The notes under the pieces are model-generated. The model did no database searches. It saw nothing but the letters and a program-made list of their open reading frames with translations, and was not told where the DNA came from. From the NCBI GenBank assembly GCA_002269645.1, contig NIVC01001259.1:124001-188000 (forward strand): a stretch of DNA of 64,000 bases, read 5' to 3'. Below, one piece after another: positions 47,528 to 60,500 of this stretch. The DNA is from Macrostomum lignano. Taxonomy: Eukaryota. Positions within the stretch are counted from its first letter, which is position 1; the number at the start of each line of letters is the position of its first letter. A program made the translations under genes and the position numbers.

Positions 47528-50500
47528 TCACAGCAACTCATCCTCGGCGCCTGCGAGCGGCACCTTCAGGCTGTCCTCAGGTGAGCCACCGCTGCCAGCT
47601 TCTTCGACTTCGAAGGGCGACAACTTCGCTTTCGCTTGCGCCGACGCGGCCGACACCAACGAGGTGAGCTGCTCCTCCTCCGCGTCCTGCGGTGCTGTCA
47701 GCTGAAACAGGCATTTCAACAAAGTCGGAAGTTTTGTTGAAATATTTAATACGATTTAGTGAGAATTGCCTGCAGTGACAACTGCCTGCAGTGACACCTG
47801 CCTGCAGTGACAACTGCCTGCAGTGACACCTGACTGCAGTGACAACTGCCTGCAGTGACAACTGCCTGCAGTGACAACTGCCTGCAGTGACAACTGCCTG
47901 CAGTGACAACTGCCTGCAGTGACAACTGCCTGCAGTGACAACTGCCTGCAGTGACAACTGCCTGCAGTGACAACTGCCTGCAGTGACAACTGCCTGCAGT
48001 GACAACTGCCTGCAGTGACAACTGCCTGCAGTGACAACTGCCTGCAGTGACAACTGCCTGCAGTGACAACTGCCTGCAGTGACAACTGCCTGCAGTGACA
48101 ACTGCCTGCAGTGACAACTGCCTGCAGTGACAACTGCCTGCAGTGACAACTGCCTGCAGTGACAACTGCCTGCAGTGACAACTGCCTGCAGTGACAACTG
48201 CCTGCAGTGACAACTGCCTGCAGTGACAACTGCCTGCAGTGACAACTGCCTGCAGTGACAACTGCCTGCAGTGACAACTGCCTGCAGTGACAACTGCCTG
48301 CAGTGACAACTGCCTGCAGTGACAACTGCCTGCAGTGACAACTGCCTGCAGTGACAACTGCCTGCAGTGACAACTGCCTGCAGTGACAACTGCCTGCAGT
48401 GACAACTGACTGCAGTGACAACTGCCTGCAGTGACAACTGCCTGCAGTGACAACTGCCTGCAGTGACAACTGCCTGCAGTGACAACTGCCTGCAGTGACA
48501 ACTGCCTGCAGTGACAACTGCCTGCAGTGACAACTGCCTGCAGTGACAACTGCCTGCAGTGACAACTGCCTGCAGTGACAACTGCCTGCAGTGACAACTG
48601 CCTGCAGTGACAACTGCCTGCAGTGACAACTGCCTGCAGTGACAACTGCCTGCAGTGACAACTGCCTGCAGTGACAACTGCCTGCAGTGACAACTGCCTG
48701 CAGTGACAACTGCCTGCAGTGACAACTGCCTGCAGTGACAACTGCCTGCAGTGACAACTGCCTGCAGTGACAACTGCCTGCAGTGACAACTGCCTGCAGT
48801 GACAACTGCCTGCAGTGACAACTGCCTGCAGTGACAACTGCCTGCAGTGACAACTGCCTGCAGTGACAACTGCCTGCAGTGACAACTGCCTGCAGTGACA
48901 ACTGCCTGCAGTGACAACTGCCTGCAGTGACAACTGCCTGCAGTGACAACTGCCTGCAGTGACAACTGCCTGCAGTGACAACTGCCTGCAGTGACAACTG
49001 CCTGCAGTGACAACTGCCTGCAGTGACAACTGCCTGCAGTGACAACTGCCTGCAGTGACAACTGCCTGCAGTGACAACTGCCTGCAGTGACAACTGCCTG
49101 CAGTGACAACTGCCTGCAGTGACAACTGCCTCCACCGACAACTGCCTGCACTGACAACTGCCTGCAGCTCGGGTCCTCTAGCACAAAGACAGTTCCACAC
49201 CAACCTGACTGTGCTGGGGGGAGCCCTCCGGTATGGTTGCGATGAGCCGCCTTGACGCGCCGCCAAAACCGCCCCCACCGCTGAAGCCGCCGACTTTTCC
49301 GCCGCTGCTGCCGCTGCGAGCTCGGATGCCGAGTTCTGGTGCTGAATGATTCGCCACTTTTACTGAATTCCGAGCTGATTCCAGCATTTTGATTCAATAG
49401 TAAAACTCGTTTCATATAGGACAAAGTGCATGTGAATTCTGATGTACATGTACACTGATGCAAGCTCGCTGCTGTATATGTACACAGAGACAATGTACAT
49501 TGATACAAGCTCGCTGCTGTATATGTACACAGAGACAATGTACACTGATGCAAGCTCGCTGCTGTATATGTACACAGAGACAATGTACATTGATACAAGC
49601 TCGCTGCTGTATATGTACACAGAGACAATGTACACTGATGCAAGCTCGCTGCTGTATATGTACACAGAGACAATGTACATTGATACAAGCTCGCTGCTGT
49701 ATATGTACACAGAGACAATGTACACTGATGCAAGCTCGCTACTGTATATGTACACAGAGACAATGTACATTGATACAAGCTCGCTGCTGTATATGTACAC
49801 AGAGACAATGTACACTGATGCAAGCTCGCTGCTGTATATGTACACAGAGACAATGTACATTGATACAAGCTCGCTGCTGTATATGTACACAGAGACAATG
49901 TACACTGATGCAAGCACGCAAAGTGCTCCGTGACTCATAAGCCTCTACAATAATAAAAGTTTTACGTAAATCTACCCAAGCCATCTTCAGTGCAGATAAT
50001 TTCCAAATGGCGACTTCAATTAGCAAAAACAGCACTGATTTGACCCTTAATTTCTCGATCGGTTTAGCTTTAAAAAGACGTTTAGCTAAGACTAAGGGAG
50101 ATCAACAGAGAGAGCATTGCAGTAGCAGCATTAATAATGCAACAGACCGCATTGCCGATGCGTGCGACCCTGGGGAGGGATGGACAGGCGGGCGGGCATA
50201 AAACTGCAGTCCCCGCTGGACTCTCAATTATTTACAAAGTAGCCCGACCCTTTTTGGACCAGCAATAGTGACTTTTATAGTAAAGTATGAGCTTGACTAA
50301 TCGAATGAGTAAAACAAAGTTTTTGACTCTGTACCGATCCCTGACCTAGGCACTGGGCCAGCCGACTAGAGCTTTATCCGGTGCACTACTAGTTCTTGTT
50401 TAGATTTTTTGTGTGACAGATTGCGATAATATGGGGCAGAAACAGAGCATTCTTTGGTGCTTTTCAGTGAAAACTGGTGTCAAACAGTGTCTATGGCCTA

Positions 50501-53500
50501 GGTTGTCCTACTGACTTCATCAATCGTGAACTGTCTATGGCCCAGATTGTCTTACTGACTTAATCAATCTGGAACTGTCTATGGCCCAGACTGTCATACA
50601 GACTTAAACAATCGGGAACTGTCTATGGCCTAGACTGTCCTACTTACTTATTCAATCGGGAACTGTCAGTGAACAGGCCTAGACTGTCCTACTGACTTCA
50701 TCAATCGTGAACTGTCTATGGCCTAGACTGTCCTACTGACTTAAACAATCGGGAACTGTCTATGGCCTAGACTGTCTTACTGACTTAATCAATCGGGAAC
50801 TGTCTATGGCCTCTAGACTGTCCTACTGACTTAATCAATCAAGAACTGTCTATGGCCTAGACTGTCCTATTGACTTAAACAATCGGGAACTGTCTATGGC
50901 CTAGACTGTCTTACTGACTTAATCAATCGGAAACTGTCTATGGCCCAGACTGTCCTACTGACTTAATCAACCGGGAACTGTCTATGGCCTAGACTGTCCT
51001 ATTGACTTAATCAATCGGGAACTGTCTATGGCCTAGACTGTGATACAGACTTAATCAATCGGTAGAAGCCACCTTTCTGTGCAAAGTGACAGATGAAATG
51101 AGGAGTGAGAGGCAAACTCAGACTCACCCGGCCATGACTCGCTGAGCAGGTCACTTCTGTCGTCACTCTTTGCCCGCCTCAACACTAAGTTATCGGTGTG
51201 AGCGATTGCCGTTGTTTTTGAGGCAATAAAATTCAAATTAATTGTATAACATTATCAGAACGTAGATAACACTAATTAAGGATGCATCCCGTGTAAAAAT
51301 AACTTAAAAAATCTCTTATTTCAACGTTTGAGAGGCGGCATGCAATAAATTGGGTGCAATTAAGCTGCCAGGGTCAAAAACTTCATACATTTCATAATTC
51401 GCTATGCTCAATTAAATTTGGAACATGCTTCTGGCTATAGAAAGTACATTTGCATCGAGGTAGTTTATTGCGCAATTTTCATACCTCGCCTAGCCGATGA
51501 CAGGTTCTGATCGTCCGGTGGCAGGTGGCCATTGGGCCTGAGGCTGGCTCTTCGCAATAGTCGGGAGTTCCTGGCTGAAACTGCTGACGGAGGCCCGGGG
51601 GATTCGGGTGAGTGCTGCTGTTGCTGCAGTTGCTGGTGCTGCGGCGATCGTTGCTCTCTTGCTACTGTCCCAAGTGCTTTTGTTGGAAAATAATTTGCAC
51701 AATCAGATAGCCATTGAGTTTTAGTTTGCACTTTACAGAAGCACTTCTAGCCTGACAGAGTTTCGTCCTGGGAACCCTGAACCAGTAGGAACTTAAGTCA
51801 CTCAGCTCCAGGTGTGTCAGATGGGAATCGGTGATACCGGAGCCTCAGTCACTCAGCTCCAGGTGTGTCAGATGGGAATCGGTGATACCGGAGCCTCAGT
51901 CACTCAGCTCCATGTGTGTCAGATGGGAATCAGTGATACCGGAGCCTCAGTCACTCAGCTCCAGGTGTGTCAGATGGGAATCGGTGATACCGGAGCCTCA
52001 GTCACTCAGCTCCAGGTGTGTCAGATGGGAATCAGTGATACCGGAGCCTCAGTCACTCAGCTCCAGGTGTGTCAGATGGGGATCAGTGGAATTGGAGCCT
52101 CAGTCACTCAGCTCCAGGTGTGTCAGATGGGGATCAGTGGAACCGGAGCCTCAGTCACTCAGCTCCAGGTGTGTCAGATGGGGATCAGTGATACCGGAGC
52201 CTCAGTCACTCAGCTCCAGGTGTTTCAGATGGGAATCAGTGATACCGGAGCCTTAGTCACTCAGCTCCAGGTGTGTCAGATGGGGATCAGTGGAATTGGA
52301 GCCTCAGTCACTCAGCTCCAGGTGTGTCAGATGGGGATCAGTGGAACCGGAGCCTCAGTCACTCAGCTCTAGGTGTGTCAGATGGGGATCAGTGATACCG
52401 GAGCCTTAGTCACTCAGCTCTAGGTGTGTCAGATGGGATCAGTGATACCGGAGCCTCAGTCACTCAGCTCCAGGTGTGTCAGATGGGGATCAGTGGAACC
52501 GGAGCCTCCGTCACTCAGCTCCAGGTGTGTCAGATGGGAATCAGTGATACCGGAGCCTCAGTCACTCAGCTCCATGTGTGTCAGATGGGAATCAGTGATA
52601 CCGGAGCCTCAGTCACTCAGCTCCAGGTGTTTCAGATGGGAATCAGTGATACCGGAGCCTTAGTCACTCAGCTCCAGGTGTGTCAGATGGGGATCAGTGG
52701 AATTGGAGCCTCAGTCACTCAGCTCCAGGTGTGTCAGATGGGGATCAGTGGAACCGGAGCCTCAGTCACTCAGCTCCAGGTGTGTCAGATGGGGATCAGT
52801 GGAATTGGAGCCTCAGTCACTCAGCTCCAGGTGTGTCAGATGGGATCAGTGGAACCGGAGCCTCAGTCACTCAGCTCCAGGTGTGTCAGATGGAGATCAG
52901 TGATACCGGAGCCTCCGTCACTCAGCTCCATGTGTGTCAGATGGGAATCAGTGATACCGGAGCCTCAGTCACTCAGCTCCAGGTGTGTCAGATGGGGATC
53001 AGTGGAATTGGAGCCTCAGTCACTCAGCTCCAGGTGTGTCAGATGGGGATCAGTGGAACCGGAGCCTCCGTCACTCAGCTCTAGGTGTGTCAGATGGGGA
53101 TCAGTGATACCGGAGCCTCAGTCACTCAGCTCCAGGTGTGTCAGATGGGGATCAGTGATACCGGAGCCTCAGTCACTCAGCTCCATGTGTGTCAGATGGG
53201 GATCAGTGGAATTGGAGCCTCAGTCACTCAGCTCCATGTGTGTCAGATGGGGATCAATGATACCGGAGCCTCAGTCACTCAGCTCTATGTGTGTCAGATG
53301 GGGATCAGTGATACCGGAGCCTCAGTCACTCAGCTCCAGGTGTGTCAGATTGGGATCAGTGATACCGGAGCCTCAGTCACTCAGCTCTAGGTGTGTCAGA
53401 TGGGGATCAGTGGAACCGGAGCCTCAGTCACTCAGCTCCAGGTGTGTCAGATGGGGATCAGTGGAACCGGAGCCTCCGTCACTCAGCTCTAGGTGTGTCA

Positions 53501-54510
53501 GATGGGGATCAGTGATACCGGAGCCTTAGTCACTCAGCTCTAGGTGTGTCAGATGGGATCAGTGATACCGGAGCCTCAGTCACTCAGCTCCAGGTGTGTC
53601 AGATGGGGATCAGTGGAACCGGAGCCTCCGTCACTCAGCTCCAGGTGTGTCAGATGGGAATCAGTGATACCGGAGCCTCAGTCACTCAGCTCCATGTGTG
53701 TCAGATGGGAATCAGTGATACCGGAGCCTCAGTCACTCAGCTCCAGGTGTGTCAGATGGGGATCAGTGGAACCGGAGCCTCCGTCACTCAGCTCTAGGTG
53801 TGAATGGGAACTGGTCCCCATCGCTTCTCACCAAGCGCAGGGATTTCCAGCGCCTCCGGCTTCCTTGCAGCGGGCACCTCGTCCGAAACTTCGATGGTGA
53901 TGTCCGGCGTGCAGCCTGAAATATTAGCGACAAATTTCTTTACGCACGAATACAAATCAAAATTCTTCCCAAAATCATGGCCAGTTCGGGTCTAGAAGCT
54001 TATTTCTAAGAAAAATCGAGTGCAGCGTCCTGGTACTTCAGTTTTCCATGCCTAGAACCTGTCAACACCGATGGCTGACGCACCTGGGAAGGCGGTCTGT
54101 CCCGCTGTGACGGCCTCGGGCGACAAGTCGAGCTCTTCGCTCACCGACGGCGTCTCCTCGCCGGAATCTGAGCAGCTCAGCTGGTGCTCGGAGCCGCACC
54201 CGTTGCCGCCGCCGCCGCTGATGCAACCGCCGTCGCCGTCGCCGTCGCCACAGCCGACGATCACGGCACCGGCAGTCTGCTTGAGAGCGTCGTGCGCTCC
54301 AACCAAAACCCGCTTCTTCCTCTTTGGCAGCTTCAGCCGGGCCTGGGCGTGCGTGTAGTACAGGGCGAAGTTGTTGACAATGATTGGCACTGGCAGGGCG
54401 ATGACCAGGACGCCGCTGATGGCGCAGACGCCGCCTACAATGTAGCCTGGGCGGCGGCGAGAGAGGCGAAGACGAGATTGCGGATAGTTAAGGCGGAGTT
54501 AGAGAGAGAT

Positions 54511-54599
<89 letters not shown>

Positions 54600-57500
54600 T
54601 TCTCCCTTGAAGAGCTTGTGGCAGGTGCTAATGCCGAGCGGGGAGTTATTACCCAACCCCCGAGCCACTTCCCTTGGGGGGGGGGGGGAGTGAAGCATAG
54701 CGGGAAAATGGAGCTCAGAAAGGGCGATTGGGGAGCCCGGGATTCCTAATGGCGGCTGGCGCAATCAATTTCTGTTAGCAGCCGCCCGGGTGTCAGTGAA
54801 GTGGACGGCCAAATTGCGACGTTGAACGCGGCGGAAAGTTCTCGTGGCTTGCCGGGGTCGGACTGGGAGATTTGAAGGGCTCGGCTGAGGCTGCCGGGGT
54901 TGCTGGGGTAAAGTCTGTCTGCTCATTCTATTGCCAGAGTTGTCGGATTCCAATTTGTGGATACTGGATAATCGGGAGAGCCGATCGGTAAAGGATTGAC
55001 TGTGGATTAACAAATACCGGGTTATCGAGGAGATTTTACAGGTGTCGGATTATCGAGGAGATTTTACAGGTGTCGGATTATCGAGGAGATTTTACAGGTG
55101 TCGGATTATCGAGGAGATTTTACAGGTGTCGGATTATCGAGGAGATTTTACAGGTGTCGGATTATCGAGGAGATTTTACAGGTGTCGGATTATCGAGGAG
55201 ATTTTACAGGTGTCGGATTATCGAGGAGATTTTACAGGTGTCGGATTATCGAGGAGATTTTACAGGTGTCGGATTATCGAGGAGATTTTACAGGTGTCGG
55301 ATTATCAAGGAGTTTTACAGGTGTCAGATTATCGAGGAGATTTTACAGGTGTCGGATTATCGAGGAGATTTACAGGTGTCAGATTATCGAGGAGATTTTA
55401 CAGGTATCGGATTATCGATAAGATTTTACAGACGTCGGATTATCGAGAGACTTTACAGGTGTCGGATTATCGAGGAGATTTACAGTTGTCGAGTTTTTAC
55501 CATATCGAGGTGAATTAACCGACTTACCTGGCAGCGTCCTTGGCACCATATCACCGTAACCAAGCGTTGTCATGGTAACCAACGCCCACCAGAATCCGAT
55601 AGGGATGGTTCGAAACTCGTTTACGGGCGACTCGACGAACTGTTCGCAGATGAAGATGGCGGTGCCGCACAGGATGACGAAGATGGCGAACACGGTGCCC
55701 AGCAGGGTCAGCTCCCTGGACGAGGCCTTCATGGTGTGCACCAGGATTTTCAACCCGGAGAAGTGCCTGGTCAGCTTGAAGATGCGCAGAATTCTGGGCA
55801 CCTTGAGAATCTGGTGCACGATAACGGCTGATTCCGGCGGCACAGCGAACGAGACGCAGGCCGTTGCCACAGCAACCAGGTCGATCCAGTTTAGCGCCGA
55901 TTTGAAAAATTCCGGCTTCGACGGGCAGAAGACAAGGCGGGCGGCCAGCTCCAGGGCGAAGTAGGCCGTCACCGTGATGTCCACCGCGTGCACCGCTGGC
56001 CGCGGCTGCGTGTACCGGAGACAGTCAGAGACCATCAGGCGGCTGCAGTTCATGGCGCCGGCGCCGGGCCGCGGGATTCGAGCCTCGGGCAGCGTCTCCA
56101 CCACCAGGGCGATGATGGAGGCCAGGATGAAGAGAACGGATACTGTGGCCAGCGCCTGGAGGTCAGGGGTTTTGATGTGGTCGTTTTTTATGTGGTCGGT
56201 TTTGGGGTTGTTGGTTTTGAGGTGGTCGGTTTTGAGGTGGTCGGTTTTGAGGTGGTCGGTTTTTGATGTGGTCGTTTTTTATGTAGTCGGTTTTGGGGTT
56301 GTTGGTTTTGAGGTGGTCGGTTTTGAGGTGGTCGGTTTTGGGGTTGTTGGTTTTGAGGTGGTCGGTTTTGAGGTGGTCGGTTTTTGAGGTGGTCGGTTTT
56401 GAGGTTGTCGGTTTTGATGTGGTCGTTTTTGAGGCTGTCGGTTTTGAGGCTGTCGGTTTTGAGGCTGTCGGTTTTGAAGCTGTCGTTTTTGAGGCTGTCG
56501 GTTTTGAGGCTGTCGGTTTTGAGGCTGTCGGTTTTGAGGCTGTCGGTTTTGAGGCTGTCGGTTTTGAAGCTGTCAGTTTTGAGGCTGTCGGTTTTGAAGC
56601 CGTCGGTTTTGAGGTGGTCGGCTTTGAGGTTGTCGGTTTTGATATGGTCGGTTTTGATATGGTCGGTTTTGATGTGGTCGGTTTTGATGTGGTCGGTTTT
56701 GATGTGGTCGGGTTTTAGGTGGTTGGTCGTTTTTTGAGCCAGTCTACTTTGGCAGGCTACTAGTAATGGATCTGAGATGGTTAAGTCATTCGAAGTGCAC
56801 AAGCTAACTAATTATATTACAGCACATTATCAAGGACTCAATCAATTCCTTCCATTCTGTTTTCAACTTATCGGCAGAGTGTGTAGGATTGCAGAAGACT
56901 CCAAATTTGGATGAGAATGGCCGACTAATACGTCACCCAAGCGAACGGATGCTCCGGTCTACGGGGTGGGGATTAATTTCGCGGAGAGGGTCGAGGAGAA
57001 ATAAGGAGCCCATTGCTGCCATCTGCGCGCTGGCACAGTTTGGGAACTCAGCCGCCGCGCGCCGCGCTCCCTAGGGAAAAAATGCGAAGCCTCAATCTGT
57101 GTCCCATCTCCGCTCCCCCGGCCAAAGGGGTGTTGCGGGTCCCGAAAAATGATTCTGCTTATCCAGTCTCGCTGTCGCAATTCTTTCCCGCATTCACGGC
57201 CGTCTCTGCTTGTTGACGCTCTTTTTTAAAATGCCCGTCTTCCTCGGGGTCAGTGGGGATTTCATTTCTGGCCGTAGTTTGACTTGATAAATTCTTCCCA
57301 TTTTTCGCACGGTTATTTGCCCGCTCTATAAAAATGGCTGGGCGGTACATAAGAGATTAGTTTTACATCACAGGTGACCAGCCTGTGATCAGTTGATCTG
57401 TGATCAGTCTATCCTGTGATCAGTCTATCTTGTGATCAGTTGATCTGTGATCAGTCTATCCTGTGATCAGTCTATCCTGTGATCAGTCTATCCTGTGATC

Positions 57501-60500
57501 AGTCTATCCTGTGATCAGTCTATCCGGTGATCAGTCTACCCTGTGATCAGTCTATCCTGTGATCAGTCTATCCTGTGATCAGTCTACCCTGTGATCAGTC
57601 TACCCTGTGATCAGTCTATACCGTGATCAGTCTACCCTGTGATCAGTCTATACTGTGATCAGTCTATCCTGTGATCAGCCTACCCTGTGATCAGTCTACC
57701 CTGTGATCAGTCTACCCTGTGATCAGTCTATCCTGTGATCAGTCTATCCTGTGATCAGTCTATCCTGTGATCAGTCTATCCTGTGATCAGTCTATCCGGT
57801 GATCAGTCTACCCTGTGATCAGTCTATCCTGTGATCAGTCTATCATGTGATCAGTCTACCCTGTGATCAGTCTATCCTGTGATCAGTCTACCCTGTGATC
57901 AGTCTATCCTGTGATCAGTCTATCCTGTGATCAGGTCTAAAACAAGTCACAATGCTACCTCATAGCACAGCACAGTGCAGATGCCCCTGTGTCACATGTG
58001 GTGAGAAGGGCTAATTGAATTACCCTATCAACAGCCCAGCGTAGAAATCCTAGGCCTATACTATAACGACCCTAGGGATGCGAGAGTTTACCCTCCCTAG
58101 TTCTCCGGCCTGCCGCCCAGCTCATTAATTATTAATGAGCCCCCGGGTCGGGTATTCCGCCAGAGTTTAACACTTAGCTGGCCAATAGCCGATGGCTCTG
58201 ATCTACTGCTGCTGCGCCGCGCCAGCACTGGGCGAAGGAAAACTTCACCATTTTTCTCCAATCTCTCCTCTTCCCAGCCTCAGAGTCCTCAGCATCATCT
58301 CGTTCTTATCTCTTATCCCTATCTCATTCTCTTTGGTGGAGGTCTGGGCGCGGGGAAGCGGCATGCATAATGCAGATTCGGTCGCCCCCAGCAGCTGATG
58401 GCCCGATTCGTCTCTGTCGCAAGCCGCAGATGAAGACTCGCCGCCAGCACTGGCCCCAAACTGGTGGCTGATTAATTACTCCAAAGCCGAGTCGGCGGGG
58501 GTAAACATGGCCAGTAAGCTGACACAACCGCGCCGGCTCAGCTAGCTCCCGTATTTATGAGCCGCGTCGGTCAGGTGTGCGAGGTGAGACACCTTTGATC
58601 GGCCGGACACCCTTCTGTCTGACGCTAGCATAGGTGTACAGTTTACTGACTTTGCACTGATTCCTGCGGTGCTTCGCCTATAGTCATGCCTTGTTATGCT
58701 GGGTGCAAGGAGGAAACCACATTAACTTGAGTTAGCGTCATTCTTGAACAAAAACTAAGCGATGAAAACAAGTTTGTTATGACTAGCACCCACCCCTACA
58801 GGCCCGAACCCACAGCTGCACCCAGCCTGAGCCCACAGCTGCTCCCAGCCTGAGCCCACAGCTGCACCCAGCCTCAGCTGCACCCAGCCTGAGCCCACAG
58901 CTGCACCCAGCCTGAATCCACAGCTGCACCCAAACTGAACCCACAGCTGCACCCAGCCACAGCTGCACCCAGCCACAGCTGCACCCAGCCTGAACCCACA
59001 GCTGCACCCAGCCTGAACCCACAGCTGCACCCAGCCACAGCTGCACCCAACCTGAGCCCACAGCTGCACCCAGCTTAAACCCACAGCTGCACCCAGCCTG
59101 AACCCACAGCTGCACCCAGCCTGAGCCCACAGCTGCACCCAGCCTCAGCTGCACCCAGCCTGAGCCCACAGCTGCACCCAGCCTGAATCCACAGCTGCAC
59201 CCAAACTGAACCCACAGCTGCACCCAGCCTGAGCCCACAGCTGCACCCAGCCTGAGCCCACAGCTGCACCCAGCCTGAGCCCACAGCTGCACCCAGCCAC
59301 AGCTGCACCCAGCTTAAACCCACAGCTGCACCCAGCCTGAACTCACAGCTGCACCCAGCCTGAACCCACAGCTGCACCCAGCCACAGCTGCACCCAACCT
59401 GAGCCCACAGCTGCACCCAGCTTAAACCCACAGCTGCACCCAGCCTGAACCCACAGCTGCACCCAGCCTGAGCCCACAGCTGCACCCAGCCTCAGCTGCA
59501 CCCAGCCTGAGCCCACAGCTGCACCCAGCCTGAATCCACAGCTGCACCCAAACTGAACCCACAGCTGCACCCAGCCTGAGCCCACAGCTGCACCCAGCCA
59601 CAGCTGCACCCAGCTTAAACCCACAGCTGCACCCAGCCTGAACTCACAGCTGCACCCAGCTTAAACCCACAGCTGCACCCAGCTTAAACCCACAGCTGCA
59701 CCCAGCCTGAACCCACAGCTGCACCCAGCCTGAGCCCACAGCTGCACCCAGCTTAAACCCACAGCTGCACCCAGCCTGAACCCACAGCTGCACCCAGCCT
59801 GAACCCACAGCTGCACCCAGCCTGAGCCCACAGCTGCACCCAGCCTGAACCCACAGCTGCACCCAGCCTGAACCCACAGCTGCACCCAGCCTGAGCCCAC
59901 AGCTGCACCCAGCCTGAACCCTCAGCTGCACACAGCCTGAACCCACAGCTGCACACAGCCTGAACCCACACCTCCCAAGCTGAACCCACCTTGCCGGGCC
60001 CGCCAACGCCGGTACCCTCGACCTCGAGCAGCGCCCAGACCCTCGGCCGGACCCGCTGCCACCTGCCCAGCTCCGGCCCGGCGGCCTCCTCGATGCCAAA
60101 CCGCCTGGCGGTGTCGCCGGGCGCGTCCTCCTCGCCGTCGTCGGACAATTCGCCGCCGTTGAGCTCGGCGAGGGTCTCCTGAGCGTCCCGGTGAGTCCGG
60201 TAGGTGGTCCAGCAGCAGGACTCCATCTGTTTCTCGTCGATGCCCCAGTAGGCCAGCTCCTCCTCGAACATGGGGCCGCAGATGTCCATGGGGGTGTGCA
60301 GCCGGCCGGTGCGGTAGTAGTTGAGAATCATGGCGAACACGCCGCTGTGCCGGTCGAAGAAGTACTCCCCGGTGTCCGGATCGAAGTCGGCGCTGTTCAC
60401 CGAGGTGGCTTCGGCCAGCCAGGCCAGCCGGGTGTCCGGGATGTTCTGCAGAGTGGATTTGTAAGTCTCGAAACGGACTCCGCCAACATTGATGACGATT

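Noticed and set aside
47577-49913. 778, 510 and 461 aa ORFs with [16 protein letters not shown] repeats
   Set aside because: A 16-bp unit without stop codons opens all three frames with the same peptide; the array lies inside a phase-consistent Kv3 intron.
51812-53900. Repetitive ORFs ([30 protein letters not shown]) resembling repeat proteins
   Set aside because: Translations of the 51-bp intronic array, antisense to Kv3, with frameshifting unit variants.
47765-59989. Idea that intronic arrays are selected to be stop-free on the sense strand (read-through or exonisation)
   Set aside because: True for the 15-, 16- and 23-bp arrays, but the 28- and 51-bp arrays contain sense-strand stops; short units often lack stops by chance.
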